From Alphaproteobacteria bacterium (GTDB lineage: Bacteria > Pseudomonadota > Alphaproteobacteria > UBA2966): 64,000 nucleotides of DNA. Numbering within the stretch: position 1 is the first letter of the stretch; the number at the start of each line of letters is the position of its first letter. The stretch lies in contig OZ241357.1 in the NCBI GenBank assembly GCA_965200265.1, forward strand, positions 2,519,816-2,583,815, read 5' to 3'. Of the stretch, positions 39,326-52,837 are shown piece after piece. The notes beneath the pieces were generated by a model. The model did no database searches, was not told the origin of the DNA, and saw only the letters and a program-made list of their open reading frames with translations. Position numbers and translations under genes: made by a program.

Positions 39326-40912
39326 CGCAAGCGGGCCCGCCGCTGGCGCGGGCGCGGGCCAACGCCGCCGACAGCTCTTCCGGTCGGGTCACGAACTCCC
39401 CGTGCGCGCCGAGCGCTTCCGCGACGAGGTCGTACCGCGTCGGCAGCAGCTCGCAGCCGTGCGCCCGGTTCTCGCCGTAGTCGCGGATCTGGATTTGATG
39501 CTCGGCGTTCCAGCGCGCGTCGTTGCCGACGACGACGATCAGCGGAGATCGTGGCGGACCGCAGTGTCGAGCTCGGCAAGGTGGTACCCGAAAGCGCCGT
39601 CCCCCGAGATGGCGACGACCGGCGCCTCCCTCTCGACCGCGCAGGCCGCGAGACCGAAGGGGATGGCGGAGCCGATCGAACCGGCGACGCCGTTGATGAC
39701 ACGCCGTTCCGAATCGAGCACGCCCTGCGCCCACTGACCGATCTCGCCGCCATCGCAAACGAGCACGGCATCGGGACGTTCCGCCAGAAACTCCCGAACG
39801 CCGCGACAGAGATCGAGCGCGTGAAGCGCCCCGTCGCCGGCGGCGGTCGTGGTTTCCCATTCGGGCGGACGATAGCCCACGGCGGCGCGCACCTCGGCGA
39901 GCCATGCGCCGTCGCCGCGCGCCGAACCGGGCGCCGAGAGCGCCGCGGCCGACGCCAGGGGGGACGCCACACCGCTCAGCATCAGGCGGTCGCCCTTGTC
40001 CCGCGCCACGCGGCGGATCGTCTCGACGTCGGGGGCGAGCACGATGAACCCGCAGGCCGGATCGACGGCGGGCGCCTCCCCGAACCGGAGGGTGAAATCG
40101 AGGGGCTTCCCGAGCAACACCAGGAGATCGGTCCGCCGGAACGCCTCCGCGACCGCACCGAGCGCCGGGTCGTCGAGTCCGCGGGGGCTCTCCATGCCGA
40201 TCACGGGAACGTTCAGGGCATCCTCCAGCTTCCGCGCCGCGGCCCGGCCCGGCGCGGAGCAAAGCGTCGGACCGCCGACGATCAGGGGGCGCTTCGCCGC
40301 GGCGATGGCGGAGCGCGCGGCGGACGCCGTCGCCTTGCTCAACGGAGAGACCACGGGATCGAAGGCGGACGCCTCCGGCCACAGAGCCGGATCGTCCGCG
40401 AGCTCCGCCTCCAGGAGATCGGACGGCAGGCCGAGGTGGACGGGGCCTGGGCGTCCCGACGCGGCGATACGGGCGGCGCGCGCGAGATCGTGACCAAGGT
40501 CCGCCGCGCGCTCGGCCGTCCATGACTCCTTGGCCACGGTCGCGGCCATCGCCGCCTGCGGCAACTCCTGGAATCCGCCCCGGCCGATCTCGTGGGTGCG
40601 AGCGTGTCCCGACAGCAAGAGCACGGGGGTCTCCGAGGCCAGGGGCGTACAGAGCGCCGCGACCGCGTTGGTGTGACCCGGACCGCCCGTGACGAGGGCG
40701 ACCCCGACATTGTCGGTCAGGCGGGCCCAGGCGCTTGCCATGAACACCGCCGCCGCCTCCTGGCGGACGTGCAACAGCTCCAGCATCGTGTCGACCGCGG
40801 CATCGTAGATCGACATGATATGGTTCCCCGACAGCGAGAAGATGGTGCGCATCCCTGCCGTGTCGAGTGTCCGGGCCACGACGTCGGCTCCACGCAGGGT
40901 CTTCGTCATCAT
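39279..40912 (-). pseudogene. Thiamine-pyrophosphate-dependent enzyme (acetolactate synthase/benzoylformate decarboxylase-like) with apparent -1 frameshift
   Basis: N-terminal Pyr and central domains in one frame (ORF 39539-40984) ending VRHDLR*; canonical TPP-binding C-terminus (PLIVVVGNDARWNAEHQIQ...) continues in another frame (39279-~39560); a single extra C near 39542-39547 would restore DLPLIVVVGND. Confidence 0.6.
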
Positions 40913-41052
40913 GATCGCTCCATCGGTCGCGCGGACGCGGCTCGGGCGCGCCAAACCGAGCCCGTCCTCCATCCTTATACCCATCCCCGGCCGGTTCGTG
41001 CCATCCTTCGGCCGGTGACGGATCGCTCGGCAACAGGGGGGAGAATACCGAT

Positions 41053-41817
41053 ATGGCGAAACTGAAAGGCCAGGTGGCCCTCGTCAGCGGGGCCTCGCGC
41101 GGCATCGGCAAGGCCATCGCGCTCGAACTGGCGGGAGAGGGCGCGTCGCTCTATCTGGCGGCGGACGGGACGGAAGCCGAGTTGCGGGCGGCCTGCTCCG
41201 AGTGCAGCGAACGGCACGACGCCGTCGACGCGCGCTACGGGATCATGGAGCTCTCCGAGGCGGACGCCGGCGAGCGCATGGTAGCGGCCTGCCTCGAGAC
41301 GTTCGGGCGCCTCGACGTGCTCGTCAACAACGCCGGCGTGCGCCGACGCGGACGTTTCGGCGAGTTCACCCGGGACGACTACGAGTTCGTCCAGGCGGTC
41401 AACGTCCGGACACCCTTCTTCGCCAGCCAGGCGGCGCTGCCGGCCATGCGCGAACAGGGCGGCGGGCGCATCATCAACATCACCAGCCAGATGGGATCGG
41501 TGGCCTTCGACGACCTCGCCCTCTACGGCATGAGCAAGGCGGCGCTCATCTACATGACGCGCGCGATCTCCTTCGACTGGGCCCGCGACGGCATCCGGGC
41601 GAATTGCGTCAGCCCGGGACCCATCGCCACCCAATACAACATCGACCGCCTCGCCAACGACCGGGCCATGTGGGACAAGCTCGAACGCGGCACGACGGTC
41701 GGCCGTCTCGGCGAACCCCACGAGATAGCCGAGGCGGTCTGTTTCCTGGCGACGTGCGAGACCGACTTCATCCAAGGGCACGACCTTGTCGTCGACGGCG
41801 GCTGGACCAGCCATTGA
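41053..41817 (+). CDS. SDR-family oxidoreductase
   Basis: GASRGIGKAIA Rossmann motif, NNAG, S...YxxxK (YGMSKAAL). Confidence 0.8.
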   Translation: MAKLKGQVALVSGASRGIGKAIALELAGEGASLYLAADGTEAELRAACSECSERHDAVDARYGIMELSEADAGERMVAACLETFGRLDVLVNNAGVRRRGRFGEFTRDDYEFVQAVNVRTPFFASQAALPAMREQGGGRIINITSQMGSVAFDDLALYGMSKAALIYMTRAISFDWARDGIRANCVSPGPIATQYNIDRLANDRAMWDKLERGTTVGRLGEPHEIAEAVCFLATCETDFIQGHDLVVDGGWTSH

Positions 41818-41891
41818 TGACCGGAAACGTTTCCGCTCGCCGCCGATTCGTGCACCCGGACCGTTCGCCGGCGCCGCCGGAAGAGGCATGA

Positions 41892-44569
<2,678 letters not shown>

Positions 44570-44573
<4 letters not shown>

Positions 44574-45355
44574 CGGCCCTTCCAGACCGGTTTGCGCTTC
44601 TCCGCGAAGGCGCGCGCGCCCTCCTGCAGGTCCTCGCTCCCGTAGAGCGTGTTGACGGCGGGGATCCCCTTGCCGTGCATCAGGTCGAACGCTTCCTGCA
44701 CCTTGAGGTCCTCGGTCATGCGGATGGTTTCCTTGATCGCCGCGAACACCAGCGGTGGCCCGTCCGCCAGGAGATCGGCCAGCTCCCGGGCCCTGTCCAA
44801 CAGCCGGGCGGTCGGCAGAACCTCGTTCACGAGACCCCAGCGCGCCGCTTCCCCGGCCTCCATCCAGCGTCCCGTCAGCAGCAGATCCATGCAGACATGG
44901 AACGGGATGCGCCGGTGCAGCTTGATGCTGGCGGCGTCGGCGAGCACGCCCACGTTGATCTCCGGCAAGGCGAAGCGCGCGTGCTCCGCCGCCAGGACGA
45001 GATCGCAGGAGATGGCGAGTTCGAGACCCCCGCCGACCGCCATCCCGTTCACCGCCGCGATCACCGGCTTGTTGAGATCGGGGAGCTCCTGCAAGCCCCC
45101 GAATCCGCCCACGCCGTAGTCGGTGTCGGGCGGCTCGCCTTCCGCGGCGCCCTTCAGGTCCCAGCCCGCCGAAAAGAATCTCTCGCCGGTCGCGGTGACG
45201 ACGGCCACCCGCAAGTCGGGATCGTCCCGGAACTCCGCGAACAGGTCGCCCATGCGGCGGCTGGTGGCGCCGTCGATGGCGTTCGCCTTCGGGCGATCGA
45301 GGGTGACCTCCAGCACGCGGCCGCGCCGCGTGACATGGAGGGAATCGTCGGTCAT
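44570..45355 (-). CDS. Enoyl-CoA hydratase/isomerase (crotonase) family protein, CaiD-like
   Basis: Crotonase fold motifs (VVTATGERFFSAGWDLK, AAVNGMAVGGGLELAISCDLVLAAE). Confidence 0.85.
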
Positions 45356-47469
45356 GTCGGTTCTCCTTCAACGAGTCGCATCAGGGCATCCACCGCCACC
45401 GCGCCGCCGCCTCGCGGTCGCACGATGACCGGGTTCACGTCGAGTTCGACCAGACTGTCGGCGTGATCGAGGGCGAACCGCTGTATGGCGAGCACCATCT
45501 CGACCAGCGCGTCGCGATCGCCGGAACTCCGCCCGCGGAAGCCGTCGATCAGCGCGCTTACCTTCAGCCCCTTCACGGCGGAGGCGATCTCGTCTCGCGT
45601 GGAGGGCGGTATCAGCAGGACGCGGTCCCCGACCAGCTCGGTCAACTCGCCGCCCGACCCGAGCAACAAAACGAGACCGACTTGCGGATCACGACGCGCG
45701 CCGACGATCACTTCGGCGACCGTGTCCCCGATCATCTCCTCGATGAGCACCGCGCCGCCGACGGGCAGCAATTCGCCGGCCGCGGCGACCACATCGGGAG
45801 TGCTCCCGAGACCGAGACGCACCGCGTTCGCGTCCGACTTGTGGACAAGGCCCGGATCCACGGCCTTGACCACGGCGGGACGGCCGATGCGCTCGGCCGC
45901 GCCCATGGCCTCCGGGAGGCGACGCACGACTTCGCCCCTGGGGACGCGGATGCCGGCGTCAGCCAGCCGCTTCTTCGCCTCCCACTCGTTCAGAACCGTG
46001 TCGGAACCCGCGCGAAGGGCGCGCGATCCATACGGCGGCGAAGGAGGCGTCGCCCACGTCTCGCCGATGTCGGCGGCCAGTTCGATCGCCGCGAGGCCTT
46101 CCTCGACGCCGGAAAAGGGAACCATGCCGCGAACCATGATCTCGTCGGCGAGCGACTCCGTGAGCGATTCCGGAAGAGTCGCCAGTACGCCGCCCAAGGC
46201 GCCGGTCCGATCGCAGGCCCGCTCGAACGCGTCCAGGGCGATCCGCCAGTCACGGTCGTCGCAGCGGTCGTCGCGCGGCAGATCGATCGCCAGGAGACAG
46301 ATATCGAAGCCGCAGCCGAGCATCGCCGAGAACGTCGCGGCCAGACGCTCCCCATCGCCCCAGATGAACGTGTGGTAGTCGAGCGGGTTCGAGACGGTCA
46401 CGAGATCGCCCAGCGTCGCCCGGACCCTCGCGCTCTCGGCCGTCGTCAACGTCCGGGCGGCGAGATTGCGGCGCTCGAGGGCATCGGCGATCAGCGCCGC
46501 CTCGCCTCCCGAACAGCTCATGGACGCCACGTCGCGTCCCGGCAGCGGCCCCGACGCGTGCAACAGCCGCAGGGTATCGAGGAACACCGGCAGGGAGGGG
46601 GCGCGCACGATCCCGACCCGCTTCAGAAACGCGGTCGCCACGGCGTCCGACCCGGCCAGGGAGGCCGTGTGCGAGAGCGTGAGCCCGGCGCCTCCGGCGC
46701 TGCTCCCGAGCTTGAGCGCCACGACCGGGATACGCTTCTCGCGCGCCTTCTCCGCCGCCCGGGCCAGATCCGCCGCGTCGTCCAGGGATTCCAGGAGAAG
46801 CCCGACCGCGGTGACGCGCCCATCCTCGATCAGGGCCTCCATCACCGCCGGGGCGCCGAGCTGGGCCCGGTTTCCGAGCGTGATCACGGCGGCGATGGGC
46901 AGGCCGCGGCGGTTCATCGTCAGCGTGATGGCGATGTTGCTGCTCTGGGAGAGGATGGCGACCCCGCGTTCGACCCGCTTTCCACCGTGCTGATCGGGCC
47001 ACAGCGGCACGCCGTCCAGGTAGTTGATCAGCCCGTAACAGTTCGGCCCGACGATCGGCATGTCGCCGGCGGCGCCGAGCAACGCGGCCTGAAGGTCCAT
47101 GCCCTCCTCGCCCGACTCGCCGAAGCCGGAGGCGTAACACACGGCGCCGCCGGCGCCCCTCGCGGCCAATGACCGGACGACGGAGACGGTCAGATCCCGG
47201 CGGACGCCGACGAAGGCGGCATCCGGCGCTTCCGGCAGGTCGTCGACGCTCCCGAAACAGGGCAGCCCCTCGACCTCGGCGCGCGCGGGATGGACCGGGT
47301 AGATGGCGCCCTGGAACTCCATACGTCGGCACTGCTCGACGACCCGCGCCGCTTCGCGGCCGCCGACGACGCAGATCGAACGGGGCTTCAGGAGACGGGC
47401 GAGGTTCCATGTCCTCCCCCCGTCCCGCCGGGAGGAGGCCGGATGAAACGTGCGCGACTCCCGGATCAA
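45352..47469 (-). CDS. Acyl-CoA synthetase (NDP-forming), CoA-binding + ATP-grasp domains
   Basis: LLKPRSICVVGG CoA-binding Rossmann, succinyl-CoA-synthetase-like alpha and beta domains fused; start (TTG at 47469) is low confidence; stop overlaps crotonase start. Confidence 0.7.
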   Translation of the reverse strand: MIRESRTFHPASSRRDGGRTWNLARLLKPRSICVVGGREAARVVEQCRRMEFQGAIYPVHPARAEVEGLPCFGSVDDLPEAPDAAFVGVRRDLTVSVVRSLAARGAGGAVCYASGFGESGEEGMDLQAALLGAAGDMPIVGPNCYGLINYLDGVPLWPDQHGGKRVERGVAILSQSSNIAITLTMNRRGLPIAAVITLGNRAQLGAPAVMEALIEDGRVTAVGLLLESLDDAADLARAAEKAREKRIPVVALKLGSSAGGAGLTLSHTASLAGSDAVATAFLKRVGIVRAPSLPVFLDTLRLLHASGPLPGRDVASMSCSGGEAALIADALERRNLAARTLTTAESARVRATLGDLVTVSNPLDYHTFIWGDGERLAATFSAMLGCGFDICLLAIDLPRDDRCDDRDWRIALDAFERACDRTGALGGVLATLPESLTESLADEIMVRGMVPFSGVEEGLAAIELAADIGETWATPPSPPYGSRALRAGSDTVLNEWEAKKRLADAGIRVPRGEVVRRLPEAMGAAERIGRPAVVKAVDPGLVHKSDANAVRLGLGSTPDVVAAAGELLPVGGAVLIEEMIGDTVAEVIVGARRDPQVGLVLLLGSGGELTELVGDRVLLIPPSTRDEIASAVKGLKVSALIDGFRGRSSGDRDALVEMVLAIQRFALDHADSLVELDVNPVIVRPRGGGAVAVDALMRLVEGEPT

Positions 47470-47474
47470 CTGGC

Positions 47475-48635
47475 CTACACGCCCAACGGCCGCAGCAGAT
47501 CGCGGGCGATGATGTGCCGCTGGATCTCGCTGGTGCCGTCCCAGATTCGCTCGACGCGGGCGTCTCGCCAAAACCGCTCGATCGGCAGGTCGTCCATGAG
47601 ACCCATACCTCCGAAAATCTGCACCGCCGCGTCGGTGACACGGGCCAGCATCTCCGACGCATAGAGCTTGGCCTGGGCGATCTGACGGTTGGCGTCGAGC
47701 CCCTGGTCGAGCCGCCAAGCCGCGGCCAGAGTGAGCCAGTCCGCCGCGTCGATCTCGGTCACCATGTCGGCGAGCTTGAAGGAAACGCCCTGGAACCTGC
47801 CGATCGGTCGACCGAACTGCCGGCGACGAGCGGCCCAGTCGACACAGAGATCGAAGCAGCGTCGCGCCCGGCCCACGCACATGGCGGCAACCGTCAGGCG
47901 CGTGGCATAGAGCCAGGTATTGGCCATGTCGAACCCGCCGCCTTCCTCGCCGAGAACCTGGTCGGCGGAGACGCGGCACTCGTCGAAAGCGAGGATGCCG
48001 TTGTGATAACCGCGGTGCGAAACGGCGCGATAGCCCGGGCGGATCTCGAAGCCGGGCGTGTCCCGGTCGATCAGGAAGCACGTGATGCGCTTCTTCGGTC
48101 CGGCGGGCGTCTCCTCCTCCCCCGTGGCGACGAAGACGATGACGAAGTCGGCGATGTCGGCGTGACTGATGAAGTGTTTGGTGCCCGTGATGACGTAGCC
48201 GTCGCCCTCGCGGCGGGCGAAGGTCTTCATGCCGCGCACGTCGGAGCCGGCGTCGGGTTCGGACATCGCGAGGGCGTCGATCTTCTCGCCGCGCACGCTG
48301 GGCAACAGGTAGCGCGCGCGCTGATCCTCGTCACCGGCGCAGAGAATGTTCGAGGGCCGGCCCCAGAACACGGAAAGCGCCATCGAGGCCCGGCCCAACT
48401 CGCGCTCGAGAAGGGTGAAGGTCAGATGATCCAGGCCGCCGCCGCCGAACTCCGGTGGGATGTTGGGGGCATAGAAACCGAGGGCGCGGACCTTGTCCTG
48501 GATCTCCCGGCCGAGTTCCCGCGGCACCAGGGCCGTCCGCTCGACTTCGTCCTCGAGGGGATAGAGCTCGCGCTCGACGAAGCTCCGCACGGTATCGACC
48601 ACCATCCGCTGTTCCTGGCTCAACCCGAACTCCAT
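47475..48635 (-). CDS. Acyl-CoA dehydrogenase
   Basis: ACAD N-terminal, middle and C-terminal domain signatures (GGGGLDHLTF, ALAMSEPDAGSD, RIWDGTSEIQRHIIAR). Confidence 0.85.
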   Translation of the reverse strand: MEFGLSQEQRMVVDTVRSFVERELYPLEDEVERTALVPRELGREIQDKVRALGFYAPNIPPEFGGGGLDHLTFTLLERELGRASMALSVFWGRPSNILCAGDEDQRARYLLPSVRGEKIDALAMSEPDAGSDVRGMKTFARREGDGYVITGTKHFISHADIADFVIVFVATGEEETPAGPKKRITCFLIDRDTPGFEIRPGYRAVSHRGYHNGILAFDECRVSADQVLGEEGGGFDMANTWLYATRLTVAAMCVGRARRCFDLCVDWAARRRQFGRPIGRFQGVSFKLADMVTEIDAADWLTLAAAWRLDQGLDANRQIAQAKLYASEMLARVTDAAVQIFGGMGLMDDLPIERFWRDARVERIWDGTSEIQRHIIARDLLRPLGV

Positions 48636-48651
48636 GGCCGCCTCGTTCGTT

Positions 48652-50178
48652 TCACCCGGAGCCGGCCTTGGGGGCCGACCCCGTCGGCATGGCGATGGCG
48701 CGGCCGGCCGCTTCGGGCACGCCGAGACCGGCTTGCGCGTCTTCGATCTCGCGGAGACGCGCCAGCACTTCGGGCGCCGCCGGGGCGGCGCGACCGGCCC
48801 GCGCATCGACGTGAAGGAGCATGTGTTCCGCCGTGGCGAGCTCCGTATCCGTCTCCTCGTGACTCATGCGATGGAAGAGATGGAGCCGTTTCTCGTCGCA
48901 ACCCAGCACCCGGGTCGAGACGGCGAGGGGTTCCTCCCCCGCGACCTCGCGCAGATGCCGGACGTGCGTTTCCACCGTGTAATAGCTGTGGCCCGCCGCC
49001 AGATAGCCGCCGTCCACACCGACGAACCGCAACAAGGCGTCCGTCGCGTCGCCGAACACCTGAAGATAACGGCTTTCCGTCATGTGGTTGTTGAAGTCCG
49101 TCCACTCGGGCGCGACCCGGACCGCGTGGAGCCGCAAGGGCCGGGACAGATCGTGCTCCCCCGTCCGCGACGCGCGATGGGCGCGCGAGAACAATTGGGC
49201 CTCGTAGTCGCGCAACACGGCGCCGGCGCCGTGGTCGTGGGTACGCAGCCCCTGCATCACGGATACCAGACAGTCGTCCCGCAGACGTTCGAGATCCCGG
49301 ACGGTGCGCCCTCCCGCCTGGGCGTCGGACTGCGCGACGATCCGCTCGATCAGATCGTTGGTGAGCGCGGGACCCTCGACACGCGCCCACGGCAGGTCGA
49401 GCGCCCCGCCGAACTGCTCGAGGAAGTGGCGCATTCCGCCGTCGCCTCCGGCGAGACGATAGGCCAGGAAGGTTCCCATGACGCTCCACCGCAGTCCCGG
49501 ACCGTAGACGATGGCCTGGTCGATCTGGTCGGCCGTGGCGACGCCGTCGTCGATCAGGTGCAGAGCCTCGCGCCAGAGGGCTTCGAGCAGCCGGTCGGCG
49601 ATGAAGGCGTCGATCTCGGTGTCCAGCAGCAGGGGATGCATACCGACCGAGCGATAGACCGCGGCGGCGCGCGCCTTGGCGTTCTCCGCGGTAGCCTTGC
49701 CGCCGACCACTTCGACCAGTGGCAGCAGGTAGACCGGATTGAATGGATGTCCGACGCAGATGCGGTCGGGCGCCACGCAGTCGGCCTGCAGTTCGCTCGG
49801 CAGCAGGCCCGAGGTCGAGGAAGCGATGACGATGCCCGGATCCGTGGCTCGGCTCGCCTCGGCGAGCAGGGCGCGTTTAGTCTCCACGCGCTCGGGCGCG
49901 CTCTCCTGAACGAAATCGGCGCCATCGACGGCTTCGGCGATCTCGCCGACGACGGCGATACGTCCCGGCGGCGCCGGCGGCGCCAAAGTCAGCCTGGCGT
50001 AAGCGCGTCGCGCGTTCTCCAGCGTCTCCTCGATACGGGTGGCGGCGCGCGGGTCGGGATCGGAGGCGGAGACGTCGATGCCGTTCACGGCAAACCGCGC
50101 CGCCCAGCCCGCTCCGATGACGCCGGCGCCGATCAGGGCGACACGCTTGATCTCGATCACGGCGGCCACGGCTTCCGA
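48652..50178 (-). CDS. lcdH: L-carnitine dehydrogenase (3-hydroxyacyl-CoA-dehydrogenase fold) with C-terminal hotdog/thioesterase-like extension
   Basis: RVALIGAGVIGAGWAARF NAD-binding start, 3HCDH domains, extra about 170 aa C-terminal domain as in proteobacterial CDH; GTG start ambiguous (50178 or 50169). Confidence 0.7.
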   Translation of the reverse strand, partial: SEAVAAVIEIKRVALIGAGVIGAGWAARFAVNGIDVSASDPDPRAATRIEETLENARRAYARLTLAPPAPPGRIAVVGEIAEAVDGADFVQESAPERVETKRALLAEASRATDPGIVIASSTSGLLPSELQADCVAPDRICVGHPFNPVYLLPLVEVVGGKATAENAKARAAAVYRSVGMHPLLLDTEIDAFIADRLLEALWREALHLIDDGVATADQIDQAIVYGPGLRWSVMGTFLAYRLAGGDGGMRHFLEQFGGALDLPWARVEGPALTNDLIERIVAQSDAQAGGRTVRDLERLRDDCLVSVMQGLRTHDHGAGAVLRDYEAQLFSRAHRASRTGEHDLSRPLRLHAVRVAPEWTDFNNHMTESRYLQVFGDATDALLRFVGVDGGYLAAGHSYYTVETHVRHLREVAGEEPLAVSTRVLGCDEKRLHLFHRMSHEETDTELATAEHMLLHVDARAGRAAPAAPEVLARLREIEDAQAGLGVPEAAGRAIAMPTGSAPKAGSG

Positions 50179-50186
50179 GGTCCGCG

Positions 50187-51080
50187 TCAGCCGTATCGGT
50201 TCAGCGAGAGTTTTTCCCGGACCTCGCCGGGTCCGAGGATACGCACGTTCATGGCCTCCAGGATGGTAACGGCCCGCTCGACGAGCTGGGCGTTGGAAGC
50301 GAAGACGCCGCGTTCCAGGTAGATGTTGTCCTCGAGCCCGACGCGCACGTTGCCTCCGGCGAGAACCGCCATGGCGACGAAGGGCAGCTGCATACGGCCG
50401 ATAGAGAAGGTCGACCAGTGCGTGCCCGGCGGAAGCTGGTTGACCATGGCCAACAAGGTGCCGGGATCGTCCGGCGCGCCGTAGGGAATCCCGCAGCACA
50501 ACTGGATCATCGCCGGCGTGTCGATCAGACCTTCGTCGATCATCGTCTTGACGAAGACCAGATGACCCGTGTCGAAGATCTCGAGCTCGGGACGCACGCC
50601 CAGTTCGCGCACGCGCCTCGCCCCCGCCCGCAGCATCGAGGGCGTGTTCGTCATCACGTAGTCGCCCTCGGCGAAGTTCATGGTGCCGCAGTCGAGGGTG
50701 CAGATTTCGGGCAGCAATTCCTCGACATGGGCCAGCCGCTCCAATGGCCCGGCCAGATCGGTCAATTCCTCATCGAGAGGCAACGGATGTTCCCCCTTGC
50801 CGAACACGAGGTCGCCGCCCATGCCGGCCGTGAGATTGAGCACGACATCCGTATCGGACGCGCGGACACGCTCGATCACCTCGCGATAGAGCGCGGGGTC
50901 CCGGGCGCCACGGCCCGTTTCGGGGTCCCGAACGTGAATGTGTGCGATGGCCGCGCCGGCTTCCGCGGACTCGATCGCCGCGGCGGCGATTTCCTCGGGG
51001 GTGACCGGAATCGCCGGATGCTTGCCCGTGGTGTCACCCGCACCCGTGACGGCGCAGGTGATGAACGCCTCCCAGTTCAT
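50187..51080 (-). CDS. BKACE-family (DUF849) beta-keto acid cleavage enzyme, 3-dehydrocarnitine cleavage enzyme-like
   Basis: [11 protein letters not shown]...HIHVRD TIM-barrel BKACE motifs; internal Met start. Confidence 0.8.
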   Translation of the reverse strand: MNWEAFITCAVTGAGDTTGKHPAIPVTPEEIAAAAIESAEAGAAIAHIHVRDPETGRGARDPALYREVIERVRASDTDVVLNLTAGMGGDLVFGKGEHPLPLDEELTDLAGPLERLAHVEELLPEICTLDCGTMNFAEGDYVMTNTPSMLRAGARRVRELGVRPELEIFDTGHLVFVKTMIDEGLIDTPAMIQLCCGIPYGAPDDPGTLLAMVNQLPPGTHWSTFSIGRMQLPFVAMAVLAGGNVRVGLEDNIYLERGVFASNAQLVERAVTILEAMNVRILGPGEVREKLSLNRYG

Positions 51081-51305
51081 CTCGGAGACCTCCCCGGACA
51101 GGAGCATGGACGCCCGTAGCGTACCGGATTCGAGGCTCGGAAGACATTCGGAATCGACGAATTACCGGCTATTTCCGACGCCTGGAGCGGCGGCGGCGCC
51201 CCGGAGCGCGACGACCGGCCTTCGCGCGGTTCTTGTTGGCGAGGCGCCGGGTCTGGTATGCGACGATACGGTCGTCGTCGTGGATTCACCCGAGAGAAGC
51301 GGACC

Positions 51306-52769
51306 ATGAAGCGTTTCCCGGAGCAGAAGCTCTACATCGACGGCGCGTATGCCGCCGCGACGAGCGGCCGGACCTTCGAGAACGTGAATCCCGCGACCGG
51401 CGAGGCGCTCTGCGCCGTCCATGTCGCGGACGCCGGCGATGTCGACCGGGCGGTCGCCGTCGCCGCGCGTGGGTTCGAGAGGTGGTCGCGGATGGCGGGC
51501 GCGGAGCGGGGTCGCGTCCTGATGGAGGCGGCGCGCCTCTTGCGGGCCCGCAACGACGAGCTCGCCGAGATCGAGGTGCTGGATACCGGCAAGCCGATCT
51601 CCGAGGCCAGGGCCGTCGACGTCGCCTCGGGTGCGGACTGCATCGAGTATTACGCGGGGCTGGCGCCGTCGCTCCACGGCGAGCACTTCGACTTCGGCTC
51701 GGCCTTCGCCTACACACGGCGCGAGCCCCTCGGCGTCTGCGCCGGAATCGGCGCGTGGAACTACCCCCTTCAGATCGCCTGCTGGAAATCGGGGCCGGCC
51801 TTGGCCTGCGGCAACGCGATGGTGTTCAAGCCCTCGGAAGAGACGCCGCTGACGGCCGCGCGGCTCGCCGAGATCTACACCGAGGCGGGCCTGCCGCACG
51901 GCGTCTTCAACGTCGTGCAGGGCGGGACGGAGACGGGCCGGGCGCTCACGCGCCATCCGGACATCGCCAAGGTGTCGCTCACCGGCGGCGTCGATACCGG
52001 CAAGGCCGTGATGGCCGACGCGGCGGCGACGGTGAAGCACGTCACGCTCGAGCTGGGCGGCAAGTCACCGCTGATCGTCTTCGCCGATGCCGATCTCGAC
52101 GACGCGGTCTCGGCGGCCCTGATGGCCAACTTCTACACGCAGGGCGAGATCTGCTCCAACGGCACGCGGGTGTTCGTCGAGAGGCCGATCCACGAAGCGT
52201 TCGTCGAGCGGTTGCTGCCGCGCGTGGAGGCGATGAAGGTGGGGGATCCGCTCGACCCCGAAACGACCGTCGGCTCGCTGATCAGCCGCGAGCATCTCGA
52301 CAAGGTGATGAACTACATCGAGACGGGGAAGCGCGAGGGCGCCGAACTCGTCATCGGCGGCGAACGGGCGGTCGATGGAACTCTGGAATCGGGGAACTTC
52401 GTGACGCCGACCGTCTTCGACCACTGCGAGGACGACATGACCATCATGAAGGACGAAATCTTCGGTCCGGTCATGGGCGTGCTCACGTTCGATGGCGAGG
52501 ACGAGGTGGTGGCGCGCGCCAACGCGACCGATTTCGGGCTCGCCGCCGGCGTGTTCACGCGGGATCTCGCCCGCGGGCATCGCGTCGTCGCCCGTCTCCA
52601 GGCGGGGACCTGCTGGATCAACAACTACAACGTCACCCCCATCGAGATGCCCTTCGGCGGCTACAAGCATTCCGGCCTCGGACGCGAGAACAGCCTCGCG
52701 GCCATCGAGCACTACACCCAGAGGAAGAGCGTCTACGTGGAGCTGGGCGGCGTCGAAGCCCCGTTCTGA
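51306..52769 (+). CDS. betB: Betaine-aldehyde dehydrogenase (NAD-dependent aldehyde dehydrogenase)
   Basis: ALDH motifs (ELGGKSP, catalytic Cys in [21 protein letters not shown]); N-terminus [15 protein letters not shown] typical of BetB. Confidence 0.85.
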   Translation: MKRFPEQKLYIDGAYAAATSGRTFENVNPATGEALCAVHVADAGDVDRAVAVAARGFERWSRMAGAERGRVLMEAARLLRARNDELAEIEVLDTGKPISEARAVDVASGADCIEYYAGLAPSLHGEHFDFGSAFAYTRREPLGVCAGIGAWNYPLQIACWKSGPALACGNAMVFKPSEETPLTAARLAEIYTEAGLPHGVFNVVQGGTETGRALTRHPDIAKVSLTGGVDTGKAVMADAAATVKHVTLELGGKSPLIVFADADLDDAVSAALMANFYTQGEICSNGTRVFVERPIHEAFVERLLPRVEAMKVGDPLDPETTVGSLISREHLDKVMNYIETGKREGAELVIGGERAVDGTLESGNFVTPTVFDHCEDDMTIMKDEIFGPVMGVLTFDGEDEVVARANATDFGLAAGVFTRDLARGHRVVARLQAGTCWINNYNVTPIEMPFGGYKHSGLGRENSLAAIEHYTQRKSVYVELGGVEAPF

Positions 52770-52837
52770 ATTTCGTGGGCCGGGCACGGTTTGGACCCCA
52801 CCCGGACCGTCACCGGCCGAACCCGAGGAGACGATGC

